DNA of 40,014 nucleotides from Acetofilamentum sp. (GTDB lineage Bacteria; Bacteroidota; Bacteroidia; Bacteroidales; JAADGE01): NCBI GenBank assembly GCA_020720705.1, contig DYOJ01000001.1, positions 1 to 40,014 of the forward strand, read 5' to 3'. Shown piece by piece: positions 31,396 to 40,014 of this stretch (position 1 is its first letter; each line of letters starts with the position of its first letter). The notes under the pieces were generated by a model. It saw only the letters and a program-made list of their open reading frames with translations, ran no database searches and was not told where the DNA came from. The position numbers and the translations under genes were made by a program.

Positions 31396-32214
31396 CTATT
31401 TTTTAAGTTTTGACTCGTGTTTTACGAGGATGTCAATCAAAGAAATAGAAGCATCTTCCATACTGTTTACGATTGAATCAACTTTTGAAGTAATGTAGTT
31501 GTAGAAAATTTGGAGAATCATTGCAACAACAAGACCCGATACTGTGGTAATCAAAGCAACTTTAATACCGCCTGCAACCAAGCTGGGGTTCATATCGCCC
31601 GCTGTTTGGATATTATCGAACGCTTCAATCATACCGATAACTGTTCCCAAGAATCCGAGCATCGGAGCAAGTGCGATGAAAAGCGATATCCATGTTAAGC
31701 CTTTTTCGAGTAAACCCATTTGAACGCCGCCGTAAGAAATTACGGATTTTTCAACGACTTCGATACCTTGGTCGGCACGGTCTAAACCTTGATAAAAAAT
31801 ACTGGCAACGGGACCTCGAGTACTTCGGCAAACTTCTTTAGCAGCGGGAACTCCGCCGGTTTTAAGTGCTTCCTCAACGTTAGTTATCAATTTTTTGGTA
31901 TTTGTGGTAGCCAAATTAAGATAAATAATGCGTTCTATGGACAATGCCAAACCGAGAATGAGTGCAATAAGCACAAAACTCATAAAGAACGCACCCCCTT
32001 CGATGAATTTTTCTTTCAGCATTTGGTGCATACCCTTATTTTCGGCTTTCAGGGCTTCAATGTCGTCTCCTTTAATCGGAGTTGTGGTTGTTTCACTTTT
32101 TACGGTGTCTGAAACTGCCGTAAGCGTAGAATCTTTGGGCTGTGCGTTTACAATGTTACTAATGCCCAGCATTAAGAATGCGAAAATTGCGGTTACTAAA
32201 AATAATTTTTTCAT
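31396..32214 (-). CDS. exbB: MotA/TolQ/ExbB proton-channel family protein
   Basis: 272 aa. Signal-like N-terminus, then three TMs with the conserved LGFLGTVIGMIEAF...GGIKVALITTVSGL core. Confidence 0.9.
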   Translation of the reverse strand: MKKLFLVTAIFAFLMLGISNIVNAQPKDSTLTAVSDTVKSETTTTPIKGDDIEALKAENKGMHQMLKEKFIEGGAFFMSFVLIALILGLALSIERIIYLNLATTNTKKLITNVEEALKTGGVPAAKEVCRSTRGPVASIFYQGLDRADQGIEVVEKSVISYGGVQMGLLEKGLTWISLFIALAPMLGFLGTVIGMIEAFDNIQTAGDMNPSLVAGGIKVALITTVSGLVVAMILQIFYNYITSKVDSIVNSMEDASISLIDILVKHESKLKK

Positions 32215-32268
32215 TTTACCGGTTTTAAAAAATTATTAAACTTCTTTTTTTGATTTTACTATTTATCG

Positions 32269-32356
32269 CGGAGAGAGCGGGATTCGAACCCGCGATGCAC
32301 TTATCATACATACACGATTTCCAATCGTGCTCCTTGAGCCACTCGGACACCTCTCC
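32269..32356 (-). tRNA. tRNA-Ser (anticodon GGA)
   Basis: The reverse complement reads GGAGAGGTGTCCGAGTGGCTCAAGGAGCACGATTGGAAATCGTGTATGTATGATAAGTGCATCGCGGGTTCGAATCCCGCTCTCTCCG. It has a 7-bp acceptor stem, an anticodon stem CACGA/TCGTG with loop TTGGAAA, a long variable arm, and a T-arm GCGGG-TTCGAAT-CCCGC. No encoded CCA. Confidence 0.9.
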
Positions 32357-32649
32357 TTTACATAAAAATTTCAAATGCCGAAAGTAAATAAAAATTATCA
32401 ATGAAAAAAAAAATAGTGCTATTTTTTGTTTTTTTCTGATTTTTTTTAAAAAATCATTTTTGCGTCCACCAATGTAAAAAATAAAGATTTAGAAGTTAAA
32501 TATTTAAGGTAATCATTGATAATCAATTGAGTAACATCAAATTTTTGATAATGTAATTTAATAATTTTCTCAATAATAAAACATTTTATTTTATTGGAGG
32601 ATTTTAGATTTTCTTAAAAAAAAATTCGAGCAATAATTATTTTAAATAG

Positions 32650-32683
32650 TTTGCGGAAAATTCATTCAAAAATCTTACTTTTG
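32650..32683 (+). promoter_or_regulatory. candidate promoter (-33 TTTG, -7 TACTTTTG) for the YihY / AsmA-like / KdsC operon
   Basis: Exact TAnnTTTG at 32676-32683 with a TTTG at 32650-32653, 36 bp upstream of the GTG start at 32719. Confidence 0.4.
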
Positions 32684-32718
32684 ACGTGCAAATATTTTGT
32701 TACGAATAGTTTACGAAA

Positions 32719-34038
32719 GTGATTAAAATTCAAAAAATTCGAGATTTTTTTCAACACGAAGTCTGGACAACAGACTTAGAAGCCGTCTCTCGTGTGAGAC
32801 GGTTTGTGGTGCGTGCCGCACAAATGTTGATTTTAAGTGTCAGAGGTTTTAAGGATGACAAATTAACCGTAAACGCATCCGCTCTGACCTATTTTACCAT
32901 GTTGTCCATAGTTCCGGTTTTAGCTTTAGGCTTTGGCATTGCCAAAGGATTTGGGTTGGAAGCTGTGTTGGAAGATGAAATAGCTCAAAATTTTGCAGGT
33001 CAGGAACAAGCAAAGGAATACATTTTACAATTTACCAAATCAATGTTGGATACAACGCGCGGCGGTTTGGTTGCGGGTATCGGGATTGTGTTGCTTTTAT
33101 GGTCTGTTGTAAAATTACTTTCGAATATCGAAGCGGCATTTAACACGGTTTGGGAAGTCAAAAAAGGTCGTCCCGTGTTGCGAAAATTTACCGATTATAC
33201 TTCAATTGTTATGCTTGGTCCGATTATTATGATTTTATCAAGCAGTATCACCATTTTTATATCATCGCAATTTGCTACACTTGGCAAGGAGGGCGGTATA
33301 GCATTTGTAACTCCGGTGGCTTTGACATTTGCAAAAATATTACCGTTTGTCCTAATTTGGATGCTGTTTACTTTGCTTTACTTAGTTATCCCTAACACTC
33401 GAGTTCGTTTCCGCTCCGCACTGATTGCCGGAATTGTTGCCGGAACTGCATTTCAGGTTTTCCAAAGTTTGTATGTCGAAATACAGTCGAGTTTTACGCG
33501 CTTGAACGCCATATACGGTAGCTTTGCCGCTTTACCGTTGTTCCTTATATGGCTACAAACGAGTTGGATATTTATTCTGCTTGGTGCTGAAATTTCTTTT
33601 GTGTTACAAAATCTGAAACTCAAAAGCAGCACAATGTCTCAGGAACAACTCAGTATCCGGTATCAAAAAAAAGTTGCACTTTATTTGATGAAAAAAATTA
33701 TTGACCGTTTTAAATCGGGCAACACCGCACTAAACCTCACCGAACTTGCCAACCAAACCCGTTTACCAATATACACCGTTGAGCGTGTACTTGAAAAAAT
33801 GTTGGATGCCGGCATAGTTGTAAAAGTAATGTACGACGAAAATTCCATAGGTTACCATCCTGCCGAAACAATTGAAAATTTGACAATCGCAAAAGTTATA
33901 GACGCTTATGAAACAACCGGTAAAGATGAAAGCAAATTTATAGTTCAGGATGATTTTGACGCACTGCAAAATGCAGTAGAAATTCTAAATAAATTAAAAC
34001 ACAACGTACCGGAAAATGTACTCATAAAAACGTTGTAA
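32719..34038 (+). CDS. YihY/BrkB family membrane protein with a C-terminal winged-helix (Rrf2-like) extension
   Basis: 439 aa, GTG start. The N-terminal roughly 300 aa have the YihY pattern (LTVNASALTYFTMLSIVPVLAL..., 6 TMs, ...GSFAALPLFLIWLQTSWIFILLGAEISF). The C-terminal roughly 130 aa look like a wHTH (see findings). Confidence 0.85.
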   Translation: MIKIQKIRDFFQHEVWTTDLEAVSRVRRFVVRAAQMLILSVRGFKDDKLTVNASALTYFTMLSIVPVLALGFGIAKGFGLEAVLEDEIAQNFAGQEQAKEYILQFTKSMLDTTRGGLVAGIGIVLLLWSVVKLLSNIEAAFNTVWEVKKGRPVLRKFTDYTSIVMLGPIIMILSSSITIFISSQFATLGKEGGIAFVTPVALTFAKILPFVLIWMLFTLLYLVIPNTRVRFRSALIAGIVAGTAFQVFQSLYVEIQSSFTRLNAIYGSFAALPLFLIWLQTSWIFILLGAEISFVLQNLKLKSSTMSQEQLSIRYQKKVALYLMKKIIDRFKSGNTALNLTELANQTRLPIYTVERVLEKMLDAGIVVKVMYDENSIGYHPAETIENLTIAKVIDAYETTGKDESKFIVQDDFDALQNAVEILNKLKHNVPENVLIKTL

Positions 34039-34061
34039 AAACATCATTGTAAAACTTGTAA

Positions 34062-37000
34062 ATGTCTGAACAAAAGAACATAGCAAAACAAAAAAACAGG
34101 AGGAAAAAGCGTATTTCCCGACGAATATTGACGTATTCGTTTATTTTTGTGCTGATGTTTGAGTTGATTTTCAGGTTTTTAGCTACTCCAATCCTTCGCT
34201 CATCCATACAATCTTATGTCGAAAAAGCAAGCAAGGGATTGTATCATGTTGATTTTGAACGAATAAGCCTAACATTTTCAAACACAGGTTTAGAGTTAAT
34301 AAACTTCAAACTAATTCCTGACACAGCTATTTACAGACAACGAAAAGCAGATGGCACAGTAAAAACTGCCTTGTACGCTGTTGAACTTGAAAGTTTGCAT
34401 TTTAAGAGATTAAAAATCAGACAATTATACAAGTTTAACGTCTTGCATTTCAAATTTATGGAAATAAACGGTCTGTCGCTTACTATCTTGGGCTTACCGG
34501 ACAAGGCAGAAACAAAAAACGAAAAATACGATGCCGTACATCAAGATTTGTATCAAATTATAAAACCACATTTAAAAGCCTTACGCATTGATGTTGTGAA
34601 ACTTAATGACGGGCACTTTGACATGCGTGCGCAGCGAAAGCCCGACGAAAAATCAAAAACTCAAGCCGAGAAAATATCTGTCAGTCTTAAAAATTTCAGT
34701 CTCGATTCCGCTTCATTTCAAGCAAGAGACAAATTATTTTATTCAGACAGTTTACATATAATTGTAGATAAATATAGTTTATTGCTCAACGATGGTGTGC
34801 ATCAGGTTCGAGCTGAGCAAGTTGTGATGTCGGTCGCCGATTCAACCATCATTCTAAAGCAAGCCGGTCTGTATCCCATGTTTGCAAAACAGAGCCTTTC
34901 GACAAAATCGCACTTTTATATTCATTTTCCGTCAATAAAACTAACAGGAACAGATATTTACAGAGCTTGGTTCGACCGTGAAATCAACATTGCCGATTTT
35001 ACAACCAAAAAACCTATTCTAAAAATAATTGGCGGTGTTAAACAAAAGAAACAAGCGGCCGACTCAACCAAAACATCTCTTAAAACTTCAGATTTCAGAC
35101 AGTTGTACGACTTAATAGAAGGAAAAATAACCCATATTTCCATTGGAAATTTTAACCTCGAGGACGCAAATTTTGAAATCATAAGAGGAGAAGCTAAACA
35201 AGCAGAATTTGCGATTGAGAATTTCAGTATCTCATTGGACCACTTTCGATTAGATAAACAATCTGAAATGCAAACCGACAAATTTTTATACTCAGACAAT
35301 ATCGAAATGTCTGTCAAAGATTATCGTATGCAGGTTGCCAAACACACGCATGAATTGAGCGTTGATAGCTTATTATTTTCAACAAAGTCCAAGCGCATCG
35401 AAGCCTATAATCTCAAAATCAGACCGTTAAAAGGTGTAGTTTCTCGGAAAACAGCGATGACTATCACCGTTCCGGAATTACAATTGCTTGATGCAGATTT
35501 TATTCGAGCATATAACACTTCAAAATTGTCTGTAAATCAATTTATTGCAAAAAATTCAACCATAGATTTGAAGCAAAATTCCCAAACGGATGCGGATACA
35601 AAAATCAAGCAAAAATCAAACAATTCAAAAGCAGATGTGGTTTACGAGTTAATTTCGGAATACCTTTCCGAATTAAAAATCGAGGAATTTAGAATTGATA
35701 ATTCAGATTTGACTTTTCAAAAAAATTTCTCGGACGAAAAATCCGCATTCTACAAAGGCAATATCTCCTTAGGTTTACAAAATTTTTTAATTGACGAAAA
35801 TACGGCAACAGAATCGGACAGATTGTTTTACGCTACAGGTTTCGACATTGAATTAAACGATTATTCGATGAAATCGGCACGAGACCTCCATATTTTCGAA
35901 CTCGGAAAATTGCGAATTTCCACTAAAGATTCAATTATCGAAATCAGAAAATTATCGTTCTATCCAAAAATTTCAAAGTCGGTAACCGAACAAATGAAAT
36001 TATATGGTAAGAACTCTTTAGTCAATATCTACACCGATATAGTCGTTATGAACAACACGGATGTCAAGGCACTTCTATTTGATAAAACATTGACAGCAAG
36101 CAACATAAACATTATTAATCCGAAAATATTTCTCCAAAAATTCCAATCTGCAACACCGCGCGACAGTTCAAAGATTTCTACGTTCGGCAGGTTATTTCCG
36201 TTTAACGAATCCAATGAAACAACAGATTCCGAAGAAATTGACAGTATCGCAATTGACAATGCGTCTTATAAATCCGTCATTGCTTCGATGCTTTCAGCAT
36301 TTATTAAAACTGTTGATATTCAAAAATTTAGTATTGACAGTGGATATGTGCATCATACAAATTACGACAGCACCGGGCGTATGCGCACTTATGCGGAAAG
36401 TTATTTTGCAGGAACGATACGTGAAATAAAACTGCATACCGACACAAGCCACAATGCACAACCGGTGCTGGGCGGACAAACTGAACTGAATTTTTTTGAT
36501 ATAGCTTTCCGATTGCCGGACAGATTACACACACTTCGCTTGGGAAGTCTCAAATTCAGAAACACGGATTCGTCTCTTACCATGTATAATTTTCGATTAA
36601 TCCCCGATTCGAATCCTCTCGAAAAAAATGCACACACCTTATATATTCCTGTTTTGAAAATCAGAGGTATAGAGACAGAAGCATTGCTGACAAAACACGA
36701 ACTGAATACCGAACTGATTGAAAGCGAAGGCATTCGTTATATATTATCGAAACCGGAAATACGCACAACTGAAAAAAAGGAATCTAAACCGTTTGTATTG
36801 CCGAAAGCTCTGAAAAAAATCACCTGCAACAAACTCTTGTTTACTGACGGAAAATTTCAAATTGTCAGCCGAACTGATACAGGCGAAGTTGAAGAGGCAA
36901 TGGCAGATTTTGCATTTTTATTTGAAAATATTGAATCCGTAAATACCTCAAAACGAATACCTTTTGATGCCGACAAAACCGACATCATGCTCTCAAAAGT

Positions 37001-38684
37001 TCATTATCGTTTGCCGGATAAAATTTACCATTTGACAGCCGATTCACTTTTTTTAACACCAAAACACAATTTTTTATCAGCCGTAAACTTAAATTTCAGT
37101 TATGATTCGGTTAAATTGTCAAAAAGTATCCCTCAGAAGAAATCGGCATTAAGTATGCAAATTCCGAAACTTAGGGCGGCAGGTATCAACACGGAAGCCT
37201 TCATTTCGGAAAAAAGTATTGATATTGAACAGATAAATTTGACATCACCTCATTTTGTGTTCGATAAATTTGAAAATTCAGGCAAAGCATTTAATATCAA
37301 TGATTTTGAAACGATGCTTTACGAAAAATTAACGAAGAAAAATAAAAATATACACATACAAACCCTCGAGTTTACTTCCGCAAAATTTGCACAAAACAAT
37401 TTCCCAAAACAAAAACACACAGAACTCGACCAATTATTCGGAACTATAAGCGATTTTGATACTGACACCACAAAACGTTCCGAGTCTCGTTTATTTTTTG
37501 CGGATGATATTCAAATCTCGAAAAAAAATTTCAGAACAATCACAAAGGATAGTTTAAACTTGATAACCGCGAAAGAGCTTTCCGTTTCGACTAAGGAAAA
37601 ATCGGTTGGGATAACAAATTTTGCCATGCAGCCAACCTTAGACAAATACGAATTTTCGCAAAAATTTGCGTTCCGAAAAAGTATGACTTTCATTGACAAT
37701 GCCGACATAACACTCACAGATATTGATTTTAAACGACTTGCCGAACAAAAAAAATTATTTGCCGAACGTGCTTTGATTAATAATTTAGACCTTTATATAT
37801 TCTCAGATTCACGGAAACCTGAAAACACGAACGATACACTTAAAATTGACCCTTGGTTGCGTGTGCACGAAGTCAAACTCCCGTTTACTGTACGTAAAAC
37901 AGAAATAACAAATGCAGAAATTCGTTTTGAGCAACAAACCGATAAAAGTCCGAAATCCGGAGTGCTGACACTAAACAGAACAAAATTGAATATCAGCAAT
38001 TTAAGTAACGAACCGGAGGAGATATCCAAAAATCAACTCCTAAAAGTCGTTGTAACAACTTATTTGCAAGATACGGCTTATGTGAAACTGACGTTCAGAT
38101 TACCCTTAGATAAAACATTGAAAACCTACAGTTTTGCGGGCTTGGCGGATACTTTCGATTTACGTATTTTGAACCCGTTTATTGAAAATGCAATTTTATT
38201 TTCAGTCAATAAAGGGCAAGTAAACAAGTTAAGTTTTTTTGTGAATGTAGATAACGATGAAGCAGAAGGAGATATGAATCTTTTTTATCAAGATATGAGC
38301 ATACAACGTATTGACACCTCCGCCGATGTTGATGTGTTCACTTCGGGAGTGGCAAACGTGGCACTTCGGAATAACAATCCGCGACATCCGAACCGTAAAC
38401 TGTCAAAGCTCAGACAAGGGAAAATTTACTACAAAAAACCGGGATACAAATCAAGTATCAGCATGTGGACACAAGCACTGATTACGGGAGTCGTTACTTC
38501 GGTCGTCAGTTTTAAAACGCCGGAGATGCGCCGACAAGGTAAAATGAAGCGTGAGGTTGAAAAATTGTTAAAAAAAGAAGAGCGTAAAAAAACACGTAAA
38601 ATCAATAAAAAACGTAACGAACTTAACAACGAATTGGACAGACAAACCAACCCGCAAACAGACCATAAAGATTCTAAACCTTGA
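34062..38684 (+). CDS. large N-terminally anchored repeat protein, AsmA/TamB-like (putative envelope-spanning protein)
   Basis: 1540 aa. Basic N-terminus plus one TM (ILTYSFIFVLMFELIFRFLA). About six copies of a 165-220-aa unit follow, each containing a motif like LFYSD.I...V.DY......H.L....L..S....I....L...P. The C-terminal tail is strongly basic. The AsmA-like assignment is by architecture only. Confidence 0.85.
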   Translation: MSEQKNIAKQKNRRKKRISRRILTYSFIFVLMFELIFRFLATPILRSSIQSYVEKASKGLYHVDFERISLTFSNTGLELINFKLIPDTAIYRQRKADGTVKTALYAVELESLHFKRLKIRQLYKFNVLHFKFMEINGLSLTILGLPDKAETKNEKYDAVHQDLYQIIKPHLKALRIDVVKLNDGHFDMRAQRKPDEKSKTQAEKISVSLKNFSLDSASFQARDKLFYSDSLHIIVDKYSLLLNDGVHQVRAEQVVMSVADSTIILKQAGLYPMFAKQSLSTKSHFYIHFPSIKLTGTDIYRAWFDREINIADFTTKKPILKIIGGVKQKKQAADSTKTSLKTSDFRQLYDLIEGKITHISIGNFNLEDANFEIIRGEAKQAEFAIENFSISLDHFRLDKQSEMQTDKFLYSDNIEMSVKDYRMQVAKHTHELSVDSLLFSTKSKRIEAYNLKIRPLKGVVSRKTAMTITVPELQLLDADFIRAYNTSKLSVNQFIAKNSTIDLKQNSQTDADTKIKQKSNNSKADVVYELISEYLSELKIEEFRIDNSDLTFQKNFSDEKSAFYKGNISLGLQNFLIDENTATESDRLFYATGFDIELNDYSMKSARDLHIFELGKLRISTKDSIIEIRKLSFYPKISKSVTEQMKLYGKNSLVNIYTDIVVMNNTDVKALLFDKTLTASNINIINPKIFLQKFQSATPRDSSKISTFGRLFPFNESNETTDSEEIDSIAIDNASYKSVIASMLSAFIKTVDIQKFSIDSGYVHHTNYDSTGRMRTYAESYFAGTIREIKLHTDTSHNAQPVLGGQTELNFFDIAFRLPDRLHTLRLGSLKFRNTDSSLTMYNFRLIPDSNPLEKNAHTLYIPVLKIRGIETEALLTKHELNTELIESEGIRYILSKPEIRTTEKKESKPFVLPKALKKITCNKLLFTDGKFQIVSRTDTGEVEEAMADFAFLFENIESVNTSKRIPFDADKTDIMLSKVHYRLPDKIYHLTADSLFLTPKHNFLSAVNLNFSYDSVKLSKSIPQKKSALSMQIPKLRAAGINTEAFISEKSIDIEQINLTSPHFVFDKFENSGKAFNINDFETMLYEKLTKKNKNIHIQTLEFTSAKFAQNNFPKQKHTELDQLFGTISDFDTDTTKRSESRLFFADDIQISKKNFRTITKDSLNLITAKELSVSTKEKSVGITNFAMQPTLDKYEFSQKFAFRKSMTFIDNADITLTDIDFKRLAEQKKLFAERALINNLDLYIFSDSRKPENTNDTLKIDPWLRVHEVKLPFTVRKTEITNAEIRFEQQTDKSPKSGVLTLNRTKLNISNLSNEPEEISKNQLLKVVVTTYLQDTAYVKLTFRLPLDKTLKTYSFAGLADTFDLRILNPFIENAILFSVNKGQVNKLSFFVNVDNDEAEGDMNLFYQDMSIQRIDTSADVDVFTSGVANVALRNNNPRHPNRKLSKLRQGKIYYKKPGYKSSISMWTQALITGVVTSVVSFKTPEMRRQGKMKREVEKLLKKEERKKTRKINKKRNELNNELDRQTNPQTDHKDSKP

Positions 38685-39949
38685 ACGTAACAATCATCGG
38701 TTCCGGAAATTTGGCATGGCATTTCGCACAAGCATTGCAAAATGTTGGGCATAAAATCATTCAGATAATTGCCCGGAATGAAACAACAGGCACTCAACTT
38801 GCAGCATGTTTTAACGTACCATTTTCCTCATCCCTTCATATCCTTCCTGAATCTGAACTTGTGTTATTGTGTGTTTCCGATTCCGCAATAGTTAAGATGT
38901 CTGAAAGTATTTATCTATATGAAAATCAAATAATTGCACACACATCCGGAAGCGTGCCGATGTCTGTTCTGAATAAACATAAACATCATGCGGTAATCTA
39001 CCCCTTACAGACATTTACAAAAAATAAGCCGCTTGAGTTCAAAAAAATACCGATATTGACAGAAGCCGGCAATGAAAATACGTATCTGAAAATCAAAGTT
39101 TTTGCGGAATCATTAAGTGAAACCGTCATTCAACGAAACTCGACCGAACGTGCATACATACACCTGTCGGCAGTCTTTGCGTCAAACTTCACAAACTTTA
39201 TGCTCGGTTCGGCTTATGAGATATTAAACTCACAACAAACACCTGTTTCAATTTTACAACCAATTATAAAAGAGACACTTGCAAAAGCATTCTATTTAAA
39301 CCCGAAAGAAGCTCAAACCGGACCTGCTCGGCGGAACGACACAAGTGTGATGCACACACATGCGGAACTGCTTAATAATTTCCCCGAACAAAAAGAATTA
39401 TATAACTTTGTGAGCCAAAAAATCATTCAAAAATATCACAATACGATGGACAATTTTAAATCAAAATTGAAAGATATAAAAGCCTTTGCCTTTGATGTGG
39501 ACGGCGTTTTTTCCGACCTTATCACTCTGGACACCTCAGGCGAATTATTACGCAGCATGAATGTAAAAGACGGATATTCAGTGTCCGAAGCTGTTAAAGC
39601 CGGATATAAAATTGCAATTATTACGGGCGGCGATTCAGAATCTGTCAGGAAACGATTTGAACGTTTGGGAGTTACGGATATTTACTTATCCTCAAAATCA
39701 AAAATGTCAGATTTAACAGACTTTTGCAATCGCAATGATTTCAACTTGTCAGACATTCTATACATGGGAGACGATATTCCGGACTACGAAGCTATGCGCC
39801 GTGTAGGCTTAGCAACTTGTCCGGCAGATGCCGCTCCGGAAATAATTTCGATTTCACACTACATTTCCGACAAACGCGGCAGCCAAGGTTGCATAAGAGA
39901 TGTCATTGAGCAAGTGATGCGTATGCAAGGCAAATGGTTTCAACCATAA
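38681..39949 (+). CDS. kdsC: fusion protein: Rossmann-like/DUF2520 domain + KdsC-type HAD phosphatase (3-deoxy-D-manno-octulosonate-8-phosphate phosphatase)
   Basis: TTG start overlapping the upstream TGA (TTGA at 38681-38684). N-terminal MNVTIIGSGNLAWHFAQALQNVGHKIIQIIARN and QTGPARRNDTSV are DUF2520-type. From the internal Met at 39446: IKAFAFDVDGVFSD, VKDGYSV, IAIITGG, GDDIPDYEAM and GCIRDVIEQV are KdsC/HAD-IIIA motifs. Confidence 0.85.
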   Translation: MNVTIIGSGNLAWHFAQALQNVGHKIIQIIARNETTGTQLAACFNVPFSSSLHILPESELVLLCVSDSAIVKMSESIYLYENQIIAHTSGSVPMSVLNKHKHHAVIYPLQTFTKNKPLEFKKIPILTEAGNENTYLKIKVFAESLSETVIQRNSTERAYIHLSAVFASNFTNFMLGSAYEILNSQQTPVSILQPIIKETLAKAFYLNPKEAQTGPARRNDTSVMHTHAELLNNFPEQKELYNFVSQKIIQKYHNTMDNFKSKLKDIKAFAFDVDGVFSDLITLDTSGELLRSMNVKDGYSVSEAVKAGYKIAIITGGDSESVRKRFERLGVTDIYLSSKSKMSDLTDFCNRNDFNLSDILYMGDDIPDYEAMRRVGLATCPADAAPEIISISHYISDKRGSQGCIRDVIEQVMRMQGKWFQP

Positions 39950-40014
39950 ACAGCACTTGCAATAAAACTCATAACTCATTGAATTTCTTAATGTTATTGT
40001 AAAATTTCAGAATT

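Noticed and set aside
32215-32718. tRNA-Ser plus a 360-bp AT-rich spacer as an integration site for a genomic island
   Set aside because: There is no integrase or excisionase. I found no second copy of the tRNA 3' end (for example GGATTCGAACCCGC) elsewhere in the window by eye. The flanking genes are ordinary envelope and housekeeping genes. The spacer more probably holds the divergent tRNA and yihY promoters.
38429-38797. 122-aa minus-strand ORF spanning the AsmA-like / DUF2520 gene junction
   Set aside because: It is antisense to two tightly coupled, well-supported plus-strand genes and has Cys/Leu/Ser-rich shadow composition.

Overview
The window looks like an AT-rich Bacteroidota chromosomal segment. 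Leaders lack obvious GGAGG Shine-Dalgarno sites, several genes have exact TAnnTTTG-type -7 boxes upstream, and four proteins end in T9SS (type IX secretion) C-terminal sorting domains. I call 21 protein genes and one tRNA-Ser(GGA). I saw no transposase, integrase, CRISPR array or rRNA. Left to right: (i) a minus-strand pair, a polytopic membrane protein plus an LRR+TPR lipoprotein, followed by a DUF1294 gene. (ii) A very AT-rich two-component operon (TPR-sensor histidine kinase and a REC/LuxR-HTH response regulator), divergent from (iii). (iii) A single 12.9-kb ORF (4305 aa) encoding a giant T9SS cargo. It contains FN3-like domains, seven LamG/ConA-like modules, a six-bladed NHL propeller, a roughly 1000-aa centre I cannot assign, and a repeated C-terminal module. 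A 306-aa T9SS paralog carrying that same C-terminal module follows it. (iv) Housekeeping and envelope genes: a fused LeuC/LeuD-type aconitase-family dehydratase, a nearly cargo-less T9SS mini-protein, kdsB, a vWA T9SS protein, a PlsC-like acyltransferase, an M23 peptidase, a Crp/Fnr regulator, exbB-X-exbD-exbD preceded by tRNA-Ser, and a YihY / AsmA-like / DUF2520::KdsC operon. The best candidate for something undescribed is the kinase/regulator, 22-bp tandem repeat, giant protein and paralog locus. Its most interesting part is two homologous Ser/Thr-flanked, glycine-rich, strictly alternating beta-hairpin-like modules in the unassigned centre of the giant protein. All family assignments come from motif recognition by eye; no database search or structure prediction was possible.
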